Origin: Lama glama
Taxonomy: Eukaryota
Length of the DNA: 64,000 nucleotides
Assembly: GCA_028534125.1 (NCBI GenBank)
Contig: CM052832.1
Span: forward strand, 15,874,001-15,938,000
Direction: 5' to 3'
Both the position numbers and the translations under genes were made by a program. Positions 13,831-38,625 of the stretch are shown in pieces (positions within the stretch are counted from its first letter, which is position 1; each line of letters begins with the position of its first letter). The notes under the pieces are model-generated. The model was not told where the DNA came from. It made no database searches and saw only the letters and a list, made by a program, of their open reading frames with translations.

Positions 13831-16050
13831 AGTATATATATATATATACACACATGTATGTATATTGTTGTTTTGAACGATTCATTTTTAAATGACTCTT
13901 TTGCATCTTGTACCTGATTTCATCTCCTTTTTTGCTTTTATTGCCCTGTAGCTCAGAGCCAGTTGTTCTTTTATCCATCTGTAGCTGGCTGATAAACATG
14001 TGTCCTGTTAAACTGGCTCTCCAGGGGGAAAAAACCAAAAAGTTCTGACATTGCTGGTTTCTGTAGTATAAATACTCCCACAATGGTCAACGTCAAGCGA
14101 CCCCTGCCGTTCACAATTCCTGACTATTTTACAGTCTGTTCTTGTTAGGCTGTTCAGGACAGGTCCAGTGCATCACTTTTCTTTTTTAAAAAAAGATATT
14201 CATGTTGTATGTTAGTTTTACCCCTTGGCTTCACTTATTTCTCAACTTCATTTTGTCTTTGCTCTAATTTCTTCTTCCCCTCCTATTCCTCCTCCTTCTT
14301 TTTAAATTGTGTCTGTCCCATACGCTGCTACAACCTTTTTTGGAACGAGGGGCATAAGGACACAATTGTTTGGCCAATGAAGAAAAAGATGGCCACCTAC
14401 TTTCAAAAGGTTTACATCTTAATTCGGTCCTCACAGCCTTTGCTGCGCTGTTTTGGGTGTGCTGCGCACCTGTGCGGCTCAGGGGTGTTCACACCTAGAG
14501 TTAGGGGGGTCCCTTCTCCAGGGCTCTCACCTGGGAGAGTCCCCTTCACGCTCCTGCCCACAAGGGCTCCTTCTCTCAGTGCCTCTGGCCAGAATGATGG
14601 TGTTTTCCTGGGAGACTCAGCTCGGCAGTGCAGCTCTGCCGCCGAGGCCTGACTTCAGCTCAGAACCACAAGAGGAAAAAAAATTGAACACACCCTCCCC
14701 CCAGAGCATTGCCTTTCCAAGTTTTGACTCCCTTCACTCTACCTGCTTTTGTTTATTTTTCAGAGTCATTTAGTACTTTCTTTTGTCTACTTTGCAGAGT
14801 TTCTAGTTGTGATCAGCAGGAGAGATAAGCTCTTAAGCTATTACATGTAACTTTAAAGTAAATTAAATAGCATGTCTAGAAAGAACTGAAGGTGCTAGTA
14901 ATTGTAGGTTATTTTTCTCCAAACCAAATACACTCTCCCAAGGACATGGGAGTGTTTTACGGTACTTTGAATTTGTATGTTTGGCCTGAAATCTAGGAAG
15001 AAAAGCAGACAGAAACTTCCTGGGTAGCCTACTAGTATTTCTGTTAAATATACCTCTAACTGCTCACTTGTGAGCAAAATGGCATTGAATGTCAAAGCTG
15101 TAAACCACCGTAGAAGTCACTCAGCCCTTTTTTTGACAGAAGAGAAAATGAGGGCTCCGAGAAGGGGAATGTGTCCTGTCACTCAGGAAGAGCACGGCAG
15201 AGACAGGACCGGAGCTCGCGTGTTTGATACAGTTACTCAGGCATCTAGCAACAACTTCCTACGTGCCAAATAATGGGCTGGACTAATTACTGCAGATTTC
15301 AAAGAGCAGCAGATATATGAAGCTTGAGGAAATGGAGAGTTTTATGTAGCGGTAGAGGAAGGGCATATGGTAAACAAAATCCTGCATCTCAGCTTTTGAA
15401 CTTGCCTTAACTTACTCCTTCTAAGCCTCCATCTCTCCTTACATGGAAGAAGTAGTCGTACCTACATAAGGTTTTTGGTTTGGGTTCTAAGAGGTAAAGT
15501 TTGAAAGCATTTAGCTAATGCCTCGTTCAGTAAATGTAGCTTTTTTGGTTATCGCTATTATTCTTTGAAAGTCACAAGTGCCCCCCCCCCCAATATTTAG
15601 TATTTATCATGTATTGGTCTCTAATGTGAGTGAATGCATTATGAAAGGATTTTTTACATGTGACTTTGCTGGTGCTCTAAGCTGATTCTCATGTGTGTAG
15701 CTGTCTTAGCTACCTATCAGTCTTAGCCTTGAAGGAATGAATCCCAGCTTTTCACTTGCAGCTTCATCCCTTGGGTGCCAGAATGGGAATTTGTATTGTT
15801 TCTAATGTTTCAGAATCCCTCAGTACATGATGTACAGGGCTCTTCCTGTTCTAGTATACTCCCTCCCATCCTCACTCTTACCTGTGGGAAAGATGTTTAG
15901 ATCGGGGGACAAAAGAATAAAAAGGATGTGCTAACATCTGGGAGGGAAGCCCCCTTCCCCAGCGTCATCTCCCTGAGCACCCATGGACCATACCAGGTTC
16001 TGGCCCCAGAAAGTTTATTACAAAGTAAACAAGGGAAGTCTGAGGAAGAT

Positions 16051-20643
<4,593 letters not shown>

Positions 20644-21283
20644 CCCGGCGCCACGCTCCTCGCTGCCTGGGGCGCTGGTTTCCGACCTGGGACAGCGCGC
20701 TGTGCGCTGCCTGCAGCCCCGCCCCTTCGTTACGCCCGCCAGGGGGCGCCTGGGTCCTCTCTGTGAGCCTTGGCACCCGGGCGCTAACCTGTACGGGGCA
20801 GATCTACCCGGAGACAAATGACGTAAGAGCCCCGCCCAGAGGCTGGGGTAAGAAAGTCCTGACAGGGAGATCCGCTGGAGGAGGCGAGGAAAGGAGGAGG
20901 AGATGGAGCATTGGGGCTACTGCTCCAAACCTCAGATCTAATGGAGGAGATGGAGCACTGGGGCTGCTGCCCCAAACCTCAGATCTGACTTCAACGCCCT
21001 CTCCCAAAATAGCTCGGGCCGGCCGCCTTCAGAAATGGGCGGATCGAGTGAGCCAGCAGCTGCTTTCGCTTTCCCTTTCCCCTAAACCGCTCTCTTCTAG
21101 GAGCTCCAGCCGGTTCCCGGGACTTTCCGAGAGCCCGCCCCGGCCCGCCCCTTCTCCCTTCCGGCGCCGCCGGCCCGGGCGCCCGCTCTGCACGGACTCT
21201 AACAGCATCCGAAGACTTCGGCCCAGCGGGGACAGCGGAGAGTCCCAGGCCCAGGGCCGACCTCCAACTGCGCCCGCGAGCCA
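20644..21283. promoter_or_regulatory. Bidirectional PSMB9/TAP1 CpG-island promoter
   Basis: Head-to-head ATGs 640 bp apart in GC/CpG-rich DNA. IRF-E/ISRE GCTTTCGCTTTC at 21062-21073, GAS-like TTCCCCTAA at 21077-21085, NF-kB GGGACTTTCC at 21119-21128, GC boxes at about 21134-21151, CRE-like TGACGTAA at 20819-20826. Confidence 0.92.
20736..20749 (+). promoter_or_regulatory. CTCF consensus motif
   Basis: CCGCCAGGGGGCGC is a near-perfect CTCF core, about 90 bp upstream of the PSMB9 ATG. Confidence 0.6.
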
Positions 21284-28273
<6,990 letters not shown>

Positions 28274-29899
28274 AAGACTTCTCAGACCTGCACACTCCAT
28301 CTCCCTCCCTTTTTACCTTCTCTCTATAGTGGAGAGTTTGAGAACAAAGCAAGGTCTTACTAGAGCTGCAGAGTAGGCAGCTGCTTCTAGGAGGGGTGAG
28401 GTTCTAAAACATAACCCTCAGGTGATGCCTGAAATTTTGCTCTGAGTGTTATCCTCCTCCAAAATCCTCTTGATAATGCAGATTTCCTGGAAGAGACTAT
28501 GGTTTATAATAATGCCTTCATGTAATTAGGGTTTGGAGCCAGGGTTGGTGTGACTAGCACCCTTAGAATGAGGATAATATTTAGAATACACAGAAAGGGA
28601 CGATCAGCTGCTTTCCAGTCTGACCAGAGGCATATGCTGGCCAATAAATACCCTGTGGATTCTTGATATTTATAATAAAATTGGTGTTTTCTACTGTGGT
28701 TTCTTGTGTTTTCGGTAGACCAAATGGCTCACTGACTTTCGCGGTGCACTTTTTATAAGCCAGGTCTCTCCCTCCTTCAGCGTCCTCACAGCCCTGAGTG
28801 TGCCATCTTCTCCCTCAAGTTTTCAATTTCCTTGGTTGCCCCCTCCACTTCCCCATCCCCCTACACCCGCCCCCAGGAATGAGGCAGACTGGGGGCTACC
28901 TCGCCCTCCAAGGCACCGGCAGCTGCCCGGCCTCACAGCCCCCAGGTGGAAGGCCGAGGGCGAGAGCGGCTAGAGGAGGTGCCAGCGCGCCAGCCAGCGG
29001 GGGAGCTCACACGTCACCCCTCCCCACCCCGGTCCTTTCCAGCCGGGCCTACTCGGCTCTGAAGTGACACCTGCGAGCGTGATCTCAGTGAAGTGGCGGT
29101 GGTGGTGGAGGTGGGTGGGTGGGTGGGTGGGTGGGAGGGGGTGTGGCGGGAGTGATCTAGTAAAACCTCTCTCATTCAGAGAGGGCCATGGCAGTGTGAC
29201 GTCAACAGTTGCTGGGCAGATTAGGCCAACACAGGTTGCAAGGAGAGGTGGGGTTTCGAGCAGTTGAACTCCGAAGTGCTCGTTCAAGCAAGAATTTCGC
29301 GAGGAGGTGCGGGCAGAAAGGGCAGTACGTGTGGGAGGCTACCAGTTAGGGAGACCATTGAACTAGGAGAGGCCCTAAGGAGGACCAGGTCGAAAGATTC
29401 AGAGGCCACACCCTCTCCTTCGTGCTCCCTTCCCCCACGCTGCGGGTGTATTCTGTTGCCCGGCGCCCCAGGACCCGTCCTCAAGATTCCTTACCCGCAT
29501 GTACTCCTATCCCTCCCCTGCTTTTATAAAACGATGCTCCTATGAACACCTCTCCCCCATTCCCGATTTGAAACTGCTCCTGAGTTCTTGCTGACTTCCA
29601 CCTTTCTGGTTGATGATAGGACCCCTACCCACCGGGTAACTGTTCCCGGAGGATGCCCCAGCCTGTCGGTGTCTCTTACTGAAATCTCATCGCCCAAGGG
29701 GCTTTCGAAGCCGCTCGCGCTCTTTCTTCCTTTCTTCTGACAGTTTATCACCCATTGTTTCTCTAACTTTCATGAAGGCGGAGCAGAGAAACCTGTCCCC
29801 AACATAATATTCCTGATCCCCAGACGCCCACTGTTCGCTTCTCGGAAAGGGCAGGGGAATGTGGAAAAAAATTCTGGTTCCCTCCCCTTGAGGCTTCGG

Positions 29900-29917
29900 G
29901 CTTTCGCTTTCACTTCC
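29900..29917 (-). promoter_or_regulatory. PSMB8 promoter ISRE/EICE-like element
   Basis: GCTTTCGCTTTCACTTCC (reverse GGAAGTGAAAGCGAAAGC), about 40 bp upstream of the ATG. GAS-like TTCTCGGAA at about 29839-29847. Confidence 0.8.
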
Positions 29918-29955
29918 CCCTGTGAGCACCGACCGATCTCCGGTGCTAGGCGATC

Positions 29956-32916
<2,961 letters not shown>

Positions 32917-34742
32917 TGGTGGCGGCAGCTGGGCAAGCCTCTGGAGAAGCCTGGTCAACTCAGGGACCTGGGCCAGTTTCCACCCCAGGAGAAAGAGGGG
33001 CCTAATCTGACTGAGCCCAGAGATAGAGAACCAACGAGGGCCACTGGGAGGTGCAAGGCAGAGTTTGCCTTTTGTGTGTTCTCTGTCTCAACAAGCATTC
33101 CCCCACCCCAACCTCCTGGGTGCCCCACTAAGCACAATAAAGAGGTAACGGTTATAAATGCCTCTGTGTTGTGGCTGAGTGGCATTGGGGCTGTGGTTGT
33201 TGGGAGGAGGGGGCTGGAAATAAAGACAGACTTTTCCTGAGAAGAGAGACTCAAACCCCTGCCTAAGAAATGGGGCCTCACTCAAAATCTCTCCTGGGTT
33301 TTCCTTCCATGCTCACCTCTCCAGGACCTCAGGAAGGCTCAACATGGTCTGTGAACAGTTCTGTGCAGTTTAATTTAGGTTAGAGCCCTTTCTATGGGAA
33401 CACAACCTGGAGACTCCTGTATAATCAGTTGTTAATGATTATTTGGGAGTAGGGCACTTAGAAACACTGTTTTTGACTTTGTAGAGTAGGATGGAAAAGC
33501 TTCTGGTTCCCATGTGTGCAGTAATTGTAAACACGGTCCCATTTACCTCAAATAACACTGTGGAGAGATTGGATATTAAAGGTAAAGACAGACACTAGGG
33601 CTTCAATTTCATGATGTGTCACACTCAATTGAAAGATGACAAGACCAGGATTGAAGTGGAAGAGGAGATAAGGAGGACCCGCTGAAGTGGTAATGTGAGG
33701 AAAAAGTGACCCAGTTAGAAAGGTGAGAGACTTAATGAGATTTTCTGAATCATGCTGGGACTGCTGGAGGGAGCAGGGTGCTACACCTTCTCTAAGGAGA
33801 GGCAGTCAAAAGAAGAGCTTGTGAGTAGGAAGCCGCTGAGCGTGGAGCTTTTCTCCTTAGAGATCCTTCAGGTTCCAGAGTGGACAGGGTTGGAGAAATT
33901 TTAGTAAGCCCCTAACTTCTAATCTCCCACTTCCCACTTTCAATTTGAAGTGACTCATTGGTAGTCATACCCGTAACATTTCAAAAGGGTGGACTGGAAT
34001 CCAAGCAGTCCTCCCTCGAGGGGTATTCTGAGTCTGGGAGGTAGTTTCAACCTGAAGAGTTGTTTCTGGAGGAAACCAATCTGCACGGTCCACGGAGAGA
34101 CTCTGGGTTAGGCAGGACCCATGCAAACCTGATTACCTCACTAATCAGTGTTAAAATAGGCCAAGAAACAAAATTCACTCCCCTCATATGAGGAAGGTGC
34201 TCCCAACGTAATTTGGACCACAAATTTAGAATTATCTGAACACATTTTCTGCTCAAGGAGCTGTGTTGAGACAGACAAATGCAGACATGGGGTGAGGGCC
34301 TTCTCAGCTCATAATCTATTAAGAGGAAACCCATGTAGGTCCTGGTGAGAGCGACGGGGCCTTCCACTTAGAAGTCCTGAGTACTTCTCACTCGGAATAT
34401 GGCTCTCTCTCCGCGCTCCCCACAAGATGCTACAACTGGAGCTTGGATGGGGGAAGAGGGCCAATTCCAAAATAGGTTCAGAGCTGAGGCAGTAAGAATT
34501 TGAGGTAAGAAAATCCATTGGTTCTCCAATTACAGAGCATCCTAAACTCTGAAACAGCTTCACTTTACTTAGAGGCAATTTAAAAAATCGCAATAGTTTC
34601 CTATGACAGAGTAACTATTGCTGATGGTGGGAGACCAACCTCGGGCCTGGCCAGGGGAGCAGGAGTCGGGCGTCTGTCGGGAGGTCTGCGGGGGTCGCGC
34701 GCCCCCTGCTGGCCGCCGGGCCCAGAACAAGGCCCCGGGTAG

Positions 34743-34760
34743 GGAAGCGAAAGCGAAAGC
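34743..34760 (+). promoter_or_regulatory. TAP2 promoter ISRE
   Basis: GGAAGCGAAAGCGAAAGC in a CpG island upstream of the non-coding TAP2 exon 1. Confidence 0.8.
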
Positions 34761-35330
34761 GGAGGGCGGCCCTGGCTGGGAGAGCCTCGCCAGCCCGCAG
34801 AGGGGAAACCAAGCTGAGACCGCGCGCGGCATTTCAGAGCTCAGCCCCAGCGCGTAGAGGAAAGACCCCCCGGAGCTGCAGCCCAGGAGCGCCGCTGGTG
34901 AGTTCGTGCGGGTGGAAACCTGGAGCGCTGACACGGACGCAGCCCAGCCACCGCCCACTCTGCGCCCCCCGCTTCCTGTCCCGCTGGACCTCGGGAAGCA
35001 GAGGAGCAGGGCACCGACCGCCCGGCCCTTTGGAACTCGGGGCGGCTGGTGGGAGCGGGGTGTGGGGGAGGGGGCCCTGGCAACTTTTTTTTAAAGGATG
35101 AGGCTGCAGATGGTCAGGCTTCCCAGCTCCCTCCGTCTGGCCGAATGCCTTGGGTCCTAGGAGGGAGGTACTGGTGAGCACGGGGTACTCAGGGCATCTT
35201 TCGGGGCGGCATTGGGTAAACAAACTGAGAAGCCGGTGGATGCGTTGGGCAGAGTGGGAGTGGGGAGGACAGAGGCAAGGGCTGGGACCCCACCTCTGTA
35301 ATTTCTCACTTTCTGCCCACAGACCTCGCC

Positions 35331-36027
35331 ATGCGGCTCTCTGACCTGAGACCCTGGGCCTCCCTGCTGCTGGCGGACTCGGCCTTACTCTGGCTGCTGC
35401 GGGGGCCTCTGGGGGCCCTGCTTCCCCCAGGGCTTCCAGGCCTGTGGCTGGAGGGCAGCTTGCGACTTGGAGGGCTTTGGTGGCTGCTAAGGCTGGGGGG
35501 GCTGCTGGGATTTGTGGGAGCACTGCTGCCCCCCTTCTGCCTGGTGACCCCCCTGTTTCTCTCCCTGAGGGCCCTCGTCCCAGGGGCCTTGAGTGCTCCC
35601 CCAGCCAGAGTGGCTTCGGCCTCTTGGAGCTGGCTGCTGCTGGGCTCCGGGGCTGCAGGGCTGAGCTGGGCGGTGTGGGCTGTGTTGGGTGCCCCAGGAC
35701 CCCAGGAGAGGGAGCGGGGCCAGGAGAACAACAGAGCCTTTACGTGGAGGTTGCTGCAGCTCTCCAGGCCAGACCTGCCTCTCCTGGCTGCCGCCTTCTT
35801 CTTCCTGGTCCTTGCCGTGTTGGGTGAGTCAGGAGAGGGCGCTGTGAGCTGGAGGTGGGAAAAGGCCCTTGGCACCGGCACTTTCATCTGCTGTCCTTCC
35901 TGCCTCTTGCAGGTGAGACATTAATCCCTTACTATTCTGGTCGTGTGATTGACATCCTGGGAGGTGATTTTGACCCGGATGCCTTTGTCAGTGCCATCTT
36001 TTTCATGTGTCTCTTCTCCGTTGGCAG
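35331..36027 (+). CDS. TAP2: Antigen peptide transporter 2 (ABCB3), 5' partial (first two coding exons), truncated by assembly gap
   Basis: Non-coding exon donor at 34898 (G|GTGAGT) and acceptor before 35323. Coding exons 35331-35823 (MRLSDLRPWASLLLADSALLWLL...FFLVLAVLG) and 35913-36027 (ETLIPYYSGRVIDILGGDFDPDAFVSAIFFMCLFSVG). An N-gap starts at 36137. Confidence 0.96.
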
Positions 36028-36136
36028 GTAAGTGAAGGGCGGTTTGTGGGGCCTCAGTTTTTATGGAGGCCCTCACTTTCCCAACTCTGTTTTCAGACCC
36101 TTTGGTGCACAAAACACAAAATACTTAAACTAAAAT

Positions 36137-36636
36137 NNNNNNNNNNNNNNNNNNNNNNNNNNNNNNNNNNNNNNNNNNNNNNNNNNNNNNNNNNNNNNNN
36201 NNNNNNNNNNNNNNNNNNNNNNNNNNNNNNNNNNNNNNNNNNNNNNNNNNNNNNNNNNNNNNNNNNNNNNNNNNNNNNNNNNNNNNNNNNNNNNNNNNNN
36301 NNNNNNNNNNNNNNNNNNNNNNNNNNNNNNNNNNNNNNNNNNNNNNNNNNNNNNNNNNNNNNNNNNNNNNNNNNNNNNNNNNNNNNNNNNNNNNNNNNNN
36401 NNNNNNNNNNNNNNNNNNNNNNNNNNNNNNNNNNNNNNNNNNNNNNNNNNNNNNNNNNNNNNNNNNNNNNNNNNNNNNNNNNNNNNNNNNNNNNNNNNNN
36501 NNNNNNNNNNNNNNNNNNNNNNNNNNNNNNNNNNNNNNNNNNNNNNNNNNNNNNNNNNNNNNNNNNNNNNNNNNNNNNNNNNNNNNNNNNNNNNNNNNNN
36601 NNNNNNNNNNNNNNNNNNNNNNNNNNNNNNNNNNNN
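36137..36636. other. Assembly gap (500 N, true size unknown)
   Basis: Run of 500 N between a TAP2 intron and the DYB-like 3' exons. Confidence 1.
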
Positions 36637-37154
36637 TGGGTCTGGTAGGGGGGATCTCTCCTTATTTATGCTGTGTCCTGCCTACCTCATAAACTCCTCT
36701 GCTGCACGACTCCCTGATGGAATTTCTGGGCTGGGAGTCATGGAGGACTAGCTCTCATGATTTCACGTCAAAAGGCACATGTTGAACAGTGATCTCATTT
36801 TCTCCCAAGATCTGATGGTTCTCCCCTCACACGACCTGACTCCCCAGGCTGCATTTAGCCTTGGCCATGCACCTTCTGAAATTCTGAAATTCTGGGCTTT
36901 GACATCAAGGCTGGTGTTTGAAGATGGTCTGTGGCAGTTGTAGATGGACATACCTTGTGAGGAGCTAACATCCCCCTCACCATCCACCTGCACTGTCCCC
37001 TTGGGGTCTTTGCATGCTCTCCCCCCTCCATCGCTCGCCCACTTTGATCTCTGAGCTCCTCTGTCTCTTATAACCAGGGCTGGTCTCTAGGTTTCCAGAC
37101 GAGAACACTGTGGGGCATGAGGACAGACACTGACACGCAGGCTTTACTTCCCAG

Positions 37155-38369
37155 GGGCACAGTCTGAATCTGCCCAGAGCAAGATGCTGAGTGGAGTTGG
37201 GGGTTTTGTGCTGGGTCTGCTCTTCCTAGGTTTTGGCCTAATCGTTCACTTTTGGAATAAGAACGGTAAGGCACCTTGGGAGAAAACGGGGCAGGCTGGT
37301 GTGGGGCTGAGGCGTTCTGTTGTAAATTTTCCTACCTGACCCCACAAAGGAACCGAGCGGAGGATGGTAGTAGATTTGCAGAAATTAGGGAGACTTCGGA
37401 GACCTCCTTTTCTTGGGTCAGGTTTGCTTCCTCACAGAGGTGAGAGGTGGGGGGGGTTATCCTTAGAGAAGCTCTCATGTTGTCCTTACTTTCGTGGGTG
37501 ATTATTAACACGGGCTTTCCTGCTCTGAGCTTCTTTCCTTAGACTCAGAGTCTCTGTTTATCTTCCTGTGGGGGCCAGCTCAGTGACTTCCAGGTGATCT
37601 TACTTTGTGGCAGTTGAAGCCTCACTGTACGTGGGTGGGCGAGGAGGAAATAAGCTGCCCCCTCATTTCCTTTTGGAGGCTGAGATAGAGAGAGAGAGAG
37701 ATGGAATTTTCCCACTACCCAGGCTAATGAGTTTTTCTTCCTTTTCTCTTCCTATTCTTGCCGATGACAGACTATCCTGAGGCTCCGTCCACAGGTAATA
37801 TTCCTACTCTTCCCGCCCAGAACTGCGACACACACACTACAGGAAAGGAGCTGAGTGGGTTTATCAGACCCTCGAATGTGCTTCTGTTATTTTGTCCCTG
37901 CTTCATGTCACATTCATTCATGTGAGCTGGGGCAGGGGAAATGTCTGGAACATTCTGTGCAGTCTCTGCAGGAAACTTCAGAGATTGTCCCCTAAAATAA
38001 GACCCAACCATTCAGCGAGGTTTGAATGATGCCCCAGACTCCAAAATTATAGAAAGTAGTCTCGAGCTAGCTGGTAGGGGAGCTGACAGTAGCCACAGTC
38101 CTATCCGGTGAATCCATGACCTGTGCTCCACACACAAGCATTTCCTTACGCTCCCCTGCCTTCCATACGCCCCTTCGAGCTGCAGATTTGCGTTCACTTT
38201 AGCAGAGTGTCGTCTTTGCTCACGTCCAGCGAGGTAATGGGGAGCGGATGTTACACAGGGTTAACTTTCGGGTCCTGGAGATGGCCCCGTGGGAGGGCAG
38301 GGGCTGAATCTTCTTCAGGGACTGGTGTGACTTACGACTCTTCTCTCTCCTGCAGGGATCGTGCACTGA
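37155..38369 (+). CDS. DYB: MHC class II beta chain, DQ/DY type (probably DYB), 3' partial: TM and cytoplasmic exons
   Basis: Exon 37155-37265 (111 nt, [36 protein letters not shown]), 24-nt exon 37771-37794 (DYPEAPST), and last exon 38356-38369 (GIVH*, compare DQB GLLH*). ATTAAA at 38782-38787. Tail-to-tail with the DYA-type gene. Exons 1-3 are not visible (gap). The symbol is inferred from position, so a DQB paralogue is not excluded. Confidence 0.72.
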
Positions 38370-38546
38370 CCCCCAGACGTTCTTCTTCCTGGGATTTGTC
38401 CCCTCTTTTCCTTGATTTTGTCCTGCTGTTCTTGTCCGTGGTTCCCAGCCTCCCTTCTCTCGGCCCCCCTGCCAGCTGTCACCCATTGAGATCTGGCTCC
38501 CACAGTGCCTGGGAGGCAGGTCCTCCTTTAGTTTCTGTCTTTCCTC

Positions 38547-38625
38547 AATGGAGGGACTGGGGATTGAACCCAGGACCTCATGCATGCTGAGTAGGCGCTC
38601 TACCATGTGAGCTACACCCTCCCCC
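38547..38625 (-). mobile_element. Short tRNA-derived SINE in 3'UTR of the DYB-like gene
   Basis: ATGGAGGGACTGGGGATTGAACCCAGGACCTCATGCATGCTGAGTAGGCGCTCTACCATGTGAGCTACACCCTCCCC, lying between the stop codon (38369) and ATTAAA (38782). Confidence 0.85.

Noticed and set aside
34834..35887. Antisense ORFs (229 aa, 193 aa) over TAP2
   Set aside because: Shadow frames of a GC-rich exon and CpG island.
35331..38369. Apparent TAP2-class II beta fusion gene
   Set aside because: The two parts are separated by an assembly gap of unknown size, so there is no sequence evidence for fusion.
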